From contig OZ249436.1 in the NCBI GenBank assembly GCA_965235115.1, positions 40,054,001 to 40,118,000 of the forward strand: a stretch of DNA of 64,000 bases. Reading direction: 5' to 3'. The position numbers and the translations under genes are program-made. This document shows, in pieces, positions 9,958 through 21,373 of this stretch. The notes under the pieces were generated by a model, which had not been told where the DNA came from, made no database searches, and saw only the letters and a program-made list of their open reading frames with translations. Origin of the DNA: Laetmonice hystrix. Its lineage: Eukaryota. Each line of letters starts with the position of its first letter. Positions within the stretch are counted from its first letter, which is position 1.

Positions 9958-10792
9958 TGTAGTGGACCCACCCTGGAGAGGCGGCGGTCGTAGGTAGGAG
10001 GGAGACGGGGGGAACTTACCGTACCATGTACCCCAGTGAAGATAAGTCAACGACGGCTGGCGGTGATGATAATTGTATTGTCAGACATGATACATGATAT
10101 AGAGTATCGCGGGATACTCTACTAGCCTAGAGGCTGAACCTCATGCTAACTGACAAGACCGAGAAACCGGCTGATTACTAAGTGACTACGTCCATAAGTG
10201 TAGATGAGAGAATAAGTCGATAAGTGAAGTAGTGAATATTCGGTGCCCCTATATATACTAAACGCCGTCCGTGTCAGCGTTCCGGCCCGGAACTCCACCC
10301 CCTCCGCTCTGCCAGCAGTGGACCCGGTGGCTGCGGTCACCGACACGGACCCACAAGATGACATCGTGTCACCGGTCGGTCAGTGTCCGGATCCCGCGGC
10401 TCCTAGTGACACCGCCCGCCCAGCTGGGGGTCCGCCATGGAGGCCAACACGGACGGAAGACGCTGGGTACGTGCCGGTGTCATCTCACCATGACAACGGT
10501 ATTGATACAACCGTTATACAACTTGGGAGGTGACGGTCCGAGCGTCCCCGGATCCAGCCCGTACCCGCATCCGACTGAGGGGAACCCAATACTCCAACAA
10601 CTACATGATTAAATATATACATAACATCCAAGCCGCCCATCCTTAAGGGAATATAAACGGGAACAAGGATTCAGCTATACTAACATACAGAGATAATAAG
10701 GTTTACAGTAATGACATATAGATATACATATATATATACGGGGGAGGCCAACTATATTAAATGTCCAGCGGCAGCGAAGCCTAGCCGCAACA
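9958..10792 (-). repeat. 5' LTR (835 bp)
   Basis: Repeat of 2731-3563; candidate TATATATA at 10250-10257 (minus) and Inr-like TCACTT near 10226. Confidence 0.97.
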
Positions 10793-11033
10793 AGGTGTCA
10801 CATGATTCTGATTGGTTGACAGCCCCCGCAGCCATAAAGTTCGCGTGTGGTCATGTTCGTTTGTCTGGTTCCGCATTCATAAGCGGACTTGGCGTCTTGC
10901 GGACTTTAGACAAGGTTCGCACGCAAAGTTCGCCTGGAAAAATCAAACATGTTTGATCGAGGTTCGCGTGGTGTCAGACCCCTCTGCCGGTTTAGATGAC
11001 AGTATAACTTAACACTCAACGTTATTAAGCTAA

Positions 11034-11074
11034 GCTAAGATAAGATAAGATAAGATAATATAAGATAAGATAAG
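11034..11074 (+). repeat. (TAAGA)n microsatellite
   Basis: Direct reading. Confidence 0.9.
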
Positions 11075-11865
11075 TAAAAAATAATACATTTAAAAAGTGA
11101 TTATTGCTCACATTGATAATTGCGTAAAGCCCACGTAATAAAGGAACTATTTAATCGATTCGTTCTTGCCTTCATTATAGTGGGTAAATATTAGATACTC
11201 GCAGAGAATATGGTATGGATCTTACTTCAGGTACCAGATGGTTTAGTTTATGTGATGACTTCGAAATTATGTTGATTATCAAAGGTAGCACCCGCAACAG
11301 GTCATAACGCTCTGAATTTCAGTTTATTTCTTTAAGAATACAGAGACCTCTTCGGGGGAACAAAAGAAATACATACGTACAACCTACTATGGCAGTAGTA
11401 GCCTAGCTACAGCATAGACAATAACGATGCATAATGCCTCATGTAGTCAGGGTTCCTCATGTCAAGTGGAGAGCTCGGTTAGACTCGTATATAATTAAAC
11501 CTCATGGGGAAATGGCATCAGGTGCTGCCCAGCAACACCTGGCCTCTATAGTTTTATTTCTATATTCTTATTCAGCCAGTTGATTCGGAAGTACTGTTAC
11601 TTGTATCCTATATCATTTGCACTTATTTTGTTTAGTCTGTCCTCTTCACACAGTCCTATTCCTTTTATGGTAATGTCATTATGAGCTATATACTAGGCGC
11701 TCCTTATATGGTGACAGTTTCTCTGTTGTCAGTGTGAATGTACGATTTTAGACTACACTCTCCATTCAGTCTGGGATTGGCTGCTACTTGAGTTACAGTT
11801 GGGAGTTCTGGGCCATGACGTGCGTGTGGCGACGGAAATAAAGCCATGCTCTCCCATTGCCGCCA

Positions 11866-12405
11866 GGCTCTCCCACTTACACGTAGTTGGTGGCGTAGTG
11901 TGCCGTAATCATTAGGCCTACGTGAGACTTTCGTGAGAAATACGTGATAGTTATTAAGGGCTAGTACGTAGTACTACGTAATCTCTATGTAATCGCATGT
12001 AACATTACATAATCTCACGTAATGCTACGTAGATATCTTGAGATTTGAGGTGAGATATTTTGTAGCGTCGTTTTTTTGTGAATGCACTATCTTTACATGG
12101 CATTACGTGAGACATTACGTAGGATTACGCACGACTACATGAGAATACGTGATGCCATGTATACGTAATACTAATACGTAATACTACGTAATCTCACGTA
12201 ATGCTACGTAATGCTACGTACAATGGCTACGTAATCCAGAAAATTTTGAACATGTTGAAAACCTAACTTATTCTCACGTATTGCCCCTCGCCTCCCGTAC
12301 TCTCACGTAATGCTCACGTAATGCTCAAGTACTCACCTCCCGTAATTCCACGTATTAATGTTACGTGAGATTACGGTGCCGACTATACGTGCAAGTGTGA
12401 AACTG
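11866..12405. mobile_element. Harbinger-type MITE rich in ACGTA words
   Basis: Imperfect TIR cacttacacgta / tacgtgcaagtg; core ttttgaacatgttgaaaa at 12244. Confidence 0.6.
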
Positions 12406-12443
12406 CGGACGATGGGCTTCAGCGGTTTTATATACAGACCACA

Positions 12444-12639
12444 AGGTGACATCACTCGCCGGGAGCCTCGCCAATCTCGCCTTTCGCTACTCGCCCCCGC
12501 TAACGCTAACGATACCCCTGACCCTAACCGGCGAGTAACATGGCGAGGAGCGGAGCGGGTGGCGAGTAGCGGGTGGTGAACAGCGAGTGGCGAGTAGCCG
12601 TGTGACTGGCGAGTGGCGAATGGCGGGTAATGTCAGCTT
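12444..12639. mobile_element. MITE (CTCGCC/GGCGAG words)
   Basis: TIR ggtgacatcactcgcc / ggcgggtaatgtcagc. Confidence 0.6.
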
Positions 12640-12690
12640 ATGGTCTTCATATTACAGCGACTGAGTGTATCCGCCAAAACTAAGTCGACC

Positions 12691-12872
12691 CAGGGCCCGG
12701 TTTTTAGTTCGTCAATTTACCAATCTTAAGACTGGAATTTTAAGACTGACTTGTGTTATGGGCTCGCATTGGCTAGCTTCATTTGAAGGACCAATCAGAA
12801 GCTCTGAAACAAGAGTTCAGTCTTAAGATTTGAATCTTAAGACCGAGTTTGCAAACTAAAAACTGGGGCCTG
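12691..12872. mobile_element. Palindromic MITE, CAGGGCCC family
   Basis: cagggcccggtttttagtt / aactaaaaactggggcctg; internal tcttaaga repeats. Confidence 0.7.
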
Positions 12873-13129
12873 GGGTGAGGGTATACAATTATATCAAGCC
12901 GACTCGTGGCTGCGACCATTCAGAGCTCACGTGCGCAGGCCGCGAGTCCTTTGTTTTTCCTGTGCTCAAGGCATAGATATTGCTGCCATAATGTCAGTTT
13001 TTACTCTGACTGTGTGAGCTGCCAGACATGAAGGAAGGAGAGTTTTGACTGCCATTACAACATTTATAGCTTCCAATTTATAGTGTGTTAGTGCGAGGTG
13101 TAATGATTAGGAAATTTAAAGGTGTAGAA

Positions 13130-13510
13130 CCGTGAAGTCGAATAGGCTCCCGCCCCGGATGGGCAAGCATCACACTCATACATTCCCGCTCGCTAAAATT
13201 GCCACTAAAATTCAATGGCAATTGAAGCAGAAACCCCTATAGAAAACACCTGGATAAAACAGCCAAACAGCAGAAACCCCCTACAGAGAACACATGGATG
13301 AAACAGCCAAACAACAGAAAAAATATGCGGATCAGCATACCAGGCCTGAGGGAGCTTCCACATTGATGAAAGGACAGGAAGTACAGGCTCTAAACAAAGA
13401 GTCAAACACAATGTTCCTAGCACGGGCTGTGGGCTGCAACATGATCGGTCCTACATTGTTGAGACCGAGAGTAGTAGACACATGGGATGGAATCGGAGCA
13501 ACCTCCCCGT
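13130..13510 (+). pseudogene. Relic of a second Gypsy-type integrase C-terminus
   Basis: QQKKYADQHTRP..L..GQEV, then after a frame change DRSYIVETESSRHMGWNRSNL, matching the typical RSYxV..RNRxxL tail. Confidence 0.6.
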
Positions 13511-14090
13511 CAGACACACAAACCAGTTGCCAAACGAAGCCCAGCTCACATGTGTGTGTCAGCCAGCTGCTGTCGATTGGCAGTTCGAGGTCCGAAACAC
13601 AACTTGATAACTTTACCAGTGACGCTTTATTATACCCAGAAATAGTCACACCACGTTCTTGGAGGGATGATCGTAGTCGGGGGCCGGTCCAAGTTTCGAA
13701 ATATTCTATTTTGCAAGGTTTTGTGAGCAGTTCAAAATCAGCTCTCTCGAATGATTGTCCGTAGGTTAACTATGGCGAACCATGGTACCGAGTTTCAAAA
13801 CGAGGCAGCATAGCAACCTGCGACGTAGTCTCGATCACCAGACCCTTTTTCTCGCTAGAGGTCGCTCGCCGCTCCAGCTTGCGGATAGGAGGACTGGTTA
13901 TCGAGTCTACCCGCGACGGAAAACGGTCTATTGCAGCCTCAGTCAGGTGCTCAGGAAATGGACACAGTTCCCGCTGAGCCTGAAGACCCATCCACAAGCC
14001 AGAACAGGGACATGCAACCTGTCAACGAAGGATAAGTCGAAAATTAGTGTAACAAATGTCAAAATTAGATGTCGGCAACGTTTCATTACT

Positions 14091-14432
14091 CACTGGGGGA
14101 TCCAGGGGGCCCAAGGGGCCCGGGCCCCCCCTTAATTTTTCCTTTTCCCCACTTTTTTTTTAAGAAGATGCATTATTCGGACCCTGAAACCAGTATTCCA
14201 ACAAAATTCTTTTTAAAAAGCCTCCTATATTATACGTGATAGTAGCATCGGGCCCAAAGGGGGCCTCCTCAGTCATCCAGGAGCAACATAACTCTGGGCT
14301 GTTGCGCATTGAAATAGATCAAAAGGGGCCCAAAATGGCTATAAGCACAATAAAATCATGCCGAGCGTAGCGAGGCTAAAATTCTTTTCAGGTGGGCCCC
14401 CCCCCCTTATCAAAATCCTGGATCCCCCACTG
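14091..14432. mobile_element. MITE with CA(C/G)TGG..GATCCAG termini; relatives at 26380-26542, 42437-42637, 54601-54670
   Basis: cactgggggatccagg / cctggatcccccactg. Confidence 0.7.
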
Positions 14433-14871
14433 CTACTGGTAAGAAAATTACAGAATTATATTCAAAGGAACACCCCGACGTACGGATATCACAGACACGT
14501 TATGGGAACTCTTACTTATCACACTCTTGTAGAAGGAAGGGGAATGTACTAATATTAGCCTCCGAACACAGTGTATGGAAGCCATGTAGTAATGGTGGAT
14601 GAGGACAGGGGGCGCTCCTGTTGCGTGGGTGAGCTTTACCAACCACAGCATGTCTGAAATAAACCTAGGATTTCCAAAGCATACAGACGTAGCATCTCAT
14701 TAAAAGTATTATGAATCCACGCCATTCCACATGGTAACTCCTCTAAAACATAAGTTTAACTTTATTACGTGTATTTTTGTAAGTTAAAACTAGTAATTTA
14801 TTATTCCCTCCTCTGCTACCAGGGAGTTCTATCTCGTGTTTCTATTGTATTGTTGTCTTGCTTGTCTGCCC

Positions 14872-15064
14872 TGCACAAGATTTGACGAAGGCTGTCGCGG
14901 CCCAAATCGCCCAAATTGCGGTTCCGCGACGGTCGCGGAACGGCGAGATGGAGCGCGATAGCGATAGCGATAGTGTCGCCGTGACGTGATAAAAAAAAAC
15001 TCTACATGGCGATGGCCTCGCCATAGCGCCGTAGCGCAGGCGACAGCCGTCGCCAATGTTGTGC
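14872..15064. mobile_element. Short MITE, GCACAAGATTGGCG family
   Basis: Same termini and gacagccgtcgcc motif as 18032-18806. Confidence 0.65.
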
Positions 15065-15610
15065 TATGATGTGAATACGACAACAACAAGACATTTTGAC
15101 TTTGTATTTCGTAATTGTAGGTACTCTGTGATTGTAGTTGTACTGTTGGTGTATTGCTGTACTTGTCTTGCTCTGGAACCACCTGGGCTATCACCATCTG
15201 GCACGATATTGCTGTGACTGCAATGGCGTCGAAAAGAGCTCAGAGACATACCCAAATGAAGAAGTGGGTGACTGGTGCATGCCCAGAGCCATAATTAATG
15301 AGGAACCTTTGGGGCAGGGCCACAAGACGGCCCGGCGGGTTACAGCTAAATGGATGCAGACACTTAATATCGTGATTTATGTAAACGGCCCTGAATTACC
15401 GACAGTGACAGTGACACGACAGTGACAACAAAATGTCTGCCGGCATCACACTTAATATTGTCACACAAAATACCATGACACCTTAATTGACATATCACCA
15501 AAAGGCATGAATAAATCCATCCAAACTATCCAAACTATTTAAGAAAACTGGTGATTCCAACTATGGTTTTTATCGGATTTGGGGATTCTGGCGATCATAA
15601 TTTATAATTT

Positions 15611-15653
<43 letters not shown>

Positions 15654-15670
15654 TTGGAATCTGTTATGTT

Positions 15671-16589
15671 AGCCCCCGTCACACTTATTCGGAATCAGCA
15701 GGAATCAAGCAGAACCAGCCGGAATGAAGAATTCTCCAAATTCGCGCCACATTCGGGAGGAAATTTCAAATTGACCAAAATTCTTACAGCTTTGTAAGAA
15801 TGGCGTTCGAATACTAGAATGCGCTTCGAACCCGCCTCGAATGATTCTTGCACATTCCGGGTGTATTAGCTGTCGAATGCAGCTCGAATGTAGTTGGAAC
15901 ACAGTAGGAATATTTAGAATGCTGTTAGAATGCAGTCAGAATATTTAGCATGCACCTGGAATGCCGTACGAGTGTGGTTCGATTGCTGTCCAAATACCGT
16001 CCGAAGTCTGGTTGGAGGGGGCCTCGAATGTTGTACGAATTCACTTCGAATGCAGTCAGAACGCTCCCAGAATGGCAGCCGAATATGGTTCGAACGTCCA
16101 AGAATTTAAACAGGATGCAGCTCGAATACTTCGAATGTACTAAGAATGTACTAAGAATGTACCTCGAATGTCCCGAGTATATATTCCGGCAGCAATCGAG
16201 ATGCATTCTAGGTGCATTCCGACTCATTCGAGGCGCATTCGGTACATTCTGGCAGGATTTGAAGTGGCTTGCCGTTTCGATTCTCCCTCGAATGTGATCA
16301 GAATGTTTCGAATGCTGTTGGAATGCCGTAAGAATATTTAGAATGCAGTCAGAGTGTATTTAGAATACACTTCGAATGCCGTTCGATATTTTTCCACTTC
16401 GAATGCACCTCGAAAGTTTTGAGCATGAGCAAAACCTTCGGGGCGGCCACAAGAATGGGCCCGAATATGTGGAATGCACTCAGAATGCAGTCAGAACTTT
16501 TAGAATGCACTTCGAATATCCAGGAATATACCAAGAATTTTCATTCCGACAGCATTCTGGCTCATTCCGCCTCTAGTGTGACTAGGGTA
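15671..16589. mobile_element. Harbinger-type MITE rich in (C)GAAT words
   Basis: TIR gcccccgtcacact / agtgtgactagggt; core gttttgagcatgagcaaaac at 16416. Confidence 0.75.
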
Positions 16590-17095
16590 TTAGGGTATAT
16601 TGTGCAGGGAGGAATAAGCCAATAGGATGTGAGCGGTATCCATGGCGACGTTGATTGCCTATAAATAGTCGTGCTCGCAATCGAATGTTGTCAGTTCGAG
16701 TAAAAAAGGGGATGTTGCTCAAAAACTAAATGCATTGAACAATTACTAACAATCTATAAGGATTATTAATCGTTTGATCAAAAAGAACATATTAAGTGAC
16801 AAGCCTATAATATGTGCTGATACATTGAATTTAGACTGTCCAGATCTTAACTGACAACTGGTTTAAACTAACAACTGGCAATAGGCAACCCTAACCCTAA
16901 AACCAAATATAACTAACCCTAAACCTTTAACTCTAACCCGTAGGGGATTGGTCTGTCGCACCATTGGGCCGTCGGACTAACGGCCCCCTGAAGTTAGCTC
17001 CCTATTTGCCCCATGTTCCCCTGCCATTGCCTACTGCCAACTTCGAACTAGTGAACCTTCGGACTAGTGGACCCCCGGACTAGTAGGTAGTTCCC

Positions 17096-17360
17096 CAGCT
17101 GGATGTGTCCGGTAATCTAGATATGTCCGCAAATGTCAGCTAGATATGTCCGGTAATCTGGATATGTCCGCAAATGACAGCTACATATGTCCGGTAATCC
17201 GGATATGTCCGCAAATGTCAGCTAGATGTGTCCGGTACCGGACATATCTAGCTGATATTTGCGGACATATCCATTTCTTCGGACATATCTAGCTGATGTT
17301 TGCGGACATATATATCTCCTATCGGACATAACTAGCCGTTCGAACGTATCTAGCCGGAAC
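17096..17360. mobile_element. Fold-back repeat (ggatatgtcc words); second copy at about 51790-51997
   Basis: Central palindrome gctagatgtgtccggtaccggaca(t/c)atctagc in both copies. Confidence 0.7.
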
Positions 17361-18031
17361 CTACCTTCTCTTCTCCTGTGAATCAGATTATAACGTTTTC
17401 CCGTTTTTCTGTTTTTTTTTCCTGGAGCTTTAACGGAAGCCCTGAAAATGTATCAAAAAGGGGATATCGGTTTTCACTGCCGTGTATAATTTAGACTGCT
17501 CATTCGACACCATACTGGAACTCGGGACATAACAGTTATAACATTACGGTTTGTGTACCTCACGGACACTGACAATAAATATCTAACTCATGGGGAATCA
17601 AACATGAGTAGAGCCTTGCCAAGTTCTGTTCTTCGCTAAGTTTATATTGATTGTGTTGTACTAAGTATCCGCCAGCTCGGGCATATTAATGCTATTAACG
17701 ATGTTGTCATAACTGAAATCTCACAAAACCATACATTGATTCACTCGGCGTAGATTTCATTTTAGTTGCATGTCTTGCTTTATGCCTTTGTTGTCGTTCA
17801 TATCAATATTGCAGTATCATGGCCACCTTTATACGATCTAAAACGCACGCTCTGGAAAATGCGCTAAATCATATCACGTTTTGTCGTGTCTCCGCAAATA
17901 TGAGATGATAATAATAATAATTTGTTTATACGAAAACGTAAACACGTCCTAGGTAGTAATAACCGGTGATTATTATCCATTATAATGTAGAAAAAGTTCA
18001 GAAAATGTAGTATCTCTGAGCCATTGGGGTC

Positions 18032-18806
18032 ATTGCACAAGATTGGCGTGCTGTCGCCGTGTGGCGACAGCCGTCGCCGTGTGGCGACAGCCGTCGCCGT
18101 GTGGCGACAGCCGTCGCCGTGTGGCGACAGCCGTCGCCATATTGAGAGTCCATCAAGATTCAAGAGCACCGAAGGCACGAAGCATAGCTATGGTCCGGGG
18201 GCATGATCTCCAGGAAAAATTGTGAAATTTCAGGTAATTTTGGTGATCAGAAGCGTTCAGCTTATGGCCTGTGATAAAAAAAGTGTATGTGTGTGTGTGT
18301 GGGGGGGGGGGGCTGGGGGCACGTGACCCCCCAGTCAAGGTTGGTGTCCCCTGGTGCTCCCACTCTCAATTTTGCAAAGCCTTCAAATAGGCTGGTAGTC
18401 CTTTTTCCAGCTGCAAGGTTTTCAATAAGGAAAAAAAGGAGAAGGGGAAGTAGACCAAGTAGGAGGCGGTGCTGATGCAGGTCGGTTCCGTGCCGACCTT
18501 TGGGGGGGGGGGCTGCGGGAGGAGAAATCCCATTCCCGCTGGGGGGGCTAAGCGCATCCCCCCGAAAAGTTTTGATTTTGACAGCCGTCGCCATCCCGCG
18601 ACAGCCGTCGCCGTCCCGCGACAGCCGTCGCCGTCCCGCGACAGCCGTCGCCGTTCCGCGACAGCCGTCGCCATCTCTACTTGTGCAATGCAAGCCGTCG
18701 CCATCTCTAGTTGTGCAATGCAAGCTATCGCGGCCCATCTCGCCGTTCCGTGACCGTCGCGGAACGGCGATTTTGGCCGCGACAGCCGTCGCCAATCTTG
18801 TGCAAT
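18032..18806. mobile_element. MITE with 17-bp perfect TIR and 20-bp subterminal tandem repeats
   Basis: attgcacaagattggcg / cgccaatcttgtgcaat; (gtggcgacagccgtcgccgt)n. Confidence 0.8.
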
Positions 18807-21163
18807 AGGCCCAAATTTAAAAGGCGACTCTAGGGCTTAGACAATACAATCATTACAATTAAACGATGATTACCTATACAGAGTAGGCTGGATCATACAT
18901 AGCCAACCAGCCGACCGATGGTTTCAGCCGACGGTGCACCTGTCGGTTGGCTGTCGGCTGACTCTCCCGACCGACCGATGGTCAACCTATCCTCATTTAC
19001 ACTAAAAATTGGATTACATATAGCCGATTTTTCATCCGATTCGTCATCGGCTGGCCGTCGCTGATGTGTAATCAGGGATCAGCTGAGAGTCGGCTGGTTC
19101 AACCGACGTCGGCGACCAGTCGGTTTGTCGGTTAACGATCGGTTCAGTGGTGACTGGGGCGTTTTCATTTTCAACCAAACGGCGTTTGATCACGTCATGT
19201 GGCTTTTCCTGTGGCTCCTCCAGCCCCGAGGGCTTCTGCCAACCGATAACCAACGGATCATGCGATCAAGCGATAGCTAACCGATCATCAGTTACATACA
19301 GCCGATTCCCAACCGAATCCAATGTGTACGGAATGCGTGATGCGTTGTGCGGTAAGGTGTGCGGACTGCGGCCTGCGGTGCGTGTTTCGGAAAAAATCGA
19401 ACACCGAGCAATCGGTCCGTGCATGCTTCACGCAACCCGCACGACGGAGTACGCTTCACGGATATATGGAGTCACCTGAATGGAAATGTGTACAGGAGCG
19501 ATTTTCACGCAGCACGCACTCCGCACCACGCACCACGCATTCCGTATACATGGAGTCCCGGCCTAAAAATCCGTATCCGTATCCGTGTCCGCATCCGGAC
19601 CTGTGGACACGCAGCTTTTAGGCCTATAGTGTCCGCTTGGAACCGGAAGGGTGCAAGGGTGAGAAAGTTTGATATGACGTTTAGGAACATAACAATTCCT
19701 ATGGCATAGTTCCAAGGTCGCCCAGGCAAGTAGGCAGTGCTATGGAACATAATTACCAGACTATATACAAGCAGTATTTTCGCCAATTTGTAAAATCTAT
19801 ATGAAATAAAAGAAGTAGAGTCTACTTCTATACGTCTATGATGTGTCATATTGGAAGAGGCACGCAGTCATTTTGGGCTCTGTGAGACGTAGTCCTCCCG
19901 CCTCCCCGCCCCCCGCCCCCCGCCTCCCCGCCTCCCCGCCCTCACTGCTTGAAGATGTGCCTTGTCTAGATCACAACCATCTAGAAGTTTGACGAACACG
20001 ACAGTGACGCGCGGGCATTAAGCACCTGTAGTGTACATTATGCATGTATGTACGCCTACATATATGTTGTGTGTATGGATTGGGGTGGGGGTGGGGGTGG
20101 GGTGGATAGGGTGGGGTGGGGGTGGATAGGGGGTTGGATTGGGGTTGCGTGTTGGAAGGATTTATGTTGCAGGATTGGGTGCACGGGTGTGTGGGTGGGA
20201 GGACGTGAGGTTGTTTGACTCATTTTCAAATTAAGGCCATGATGCGTGTTTATGTGACTTTTATCTAAAAAAATAGAAAGAAGAGAAAGGGAACTGGGTT
20301 GCATGTGAGGATGAGGATGGAACGAACAGGTGAAGGAAGGAGAAGTGTTCGCGTGTCGAGGGCTCCTCGTTTGGCGTTGGCATGTTTCCTGACCCGCCTC
20401 AGGGAAACCTGGAATGTGAAGGCCAATGTGGGTAGACGGGACAGACAGCTTTTGTCGATGTAGTCTACCTGGCAACCGACTCTCAAGGCTATACAGATAA
20501 GTCGGGGTGGTCTATTTGGATCCTCGGAGATGCATTTATCCATACAAATACCCATAGGCCTACCTATTCCCATACCTATGCATATATACCAATTGATTTC
20601 CCACTGACTACTACTTCAGCTGTCTTCTTCCTTTTTCTGATTTCATTTCTATTATTCTTTAGTGTTGTTTTGGGACGCAAAGGTTTAGTTCCATAAGCCC
20701 CTATAATTAACCTCTCTATAAGTTACCAGCATTTTCTAGAATGGTATTTCCAGCATGTTGCCGCTTAAACGTGAATTCCAAGTACAGGTCAAAGGTTTCA
20801 CTGACAAAATGATTGCCTTTTACTCTTAAACTTAACCAGCCACACTTTTATAGAGAAATTGTTATGGCTAATAGTTATACTATAGGACATCTTGGTCCAA
20901 GAGGTATACTATTTGTGTGACAGTTCTTTGTATTATTGCCAGTTTTTCGTTCTGTTTTTTGTTTCTTTAAGAAAGAAGAGCGTGGTATTGTATAGGTTAT
21001 AGGAACAAAGTGTATAAAACGATGTTTTATTCATTTGTTTATGAATAAATCAAGATAAGCTCTGCACCTCTTTACCCTGCCCGTAAACGAACCTCGGTCA
21101 TGGTCCAGTGGGCCGTCGCCCTTACCCGAGCGATTCTAGCTCACGTACAGGGCACATCCCGGA

Positions 21164-21170
21164 TATAAAA
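21164..21170 (+). promoter_or_regulatory. Candidate TATA box of the collagen gene
   Basis: TATAAAA about 200 nt upstream of ATG 21365 with no intervening ATG. Confidence 0.55.
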
Positions 21171-21364
21171 GCTGGCTAACCTCAGCCCTATCCACCTGCG
21201 TCCGGACAGTGGGACATTTCATAGCAACCCTGCTTCTTTGGTGACTGAGGTGTCAAAGAAAATTTTCCAGCTGTCCCAGGAGTTTCTCGTGTGTGGCTGT
21301 TGCCTTGTAAGGCTTGCATTCAGGACACAATCTTGATTACATAGTACTTCTGACCACACTGAGA

Positions 21365-21373
21365 ATGCTGAAG
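21365..21373 (+). CDS. Collagen gene exon 1, coding part (MLK)
   Basis: agaATGCTGAAG|gtaagt, phase 0. Confidence 0.6.

Larger units (their letters stand above)
2731..10792 (-). mobile_element. Full-length env-bearing Ty3/Gypsy LTR retroelement (errantivirus-like endogenous retrovirus)
   Basis: Two LTRs (TGT...ACA); 4-bp TSD AGGT at 2727-2730 and 10793-10796; PBS; PPT; gag, PR-RT-RH-IN order, env. Confidence 0.97.

Noticed and set aside
15925..16625. Many overlapping ORFs in MITEs (also 18024-18808, 43094-43811)
   Set aside because: Low-complexity word repeats lacking stops; no protein-like signal
16886..16940. Telomere-like CCCTAA runs (also near 12515)
   Set aside because: Few degenerate units inside small dispersed repeats; not a telomere
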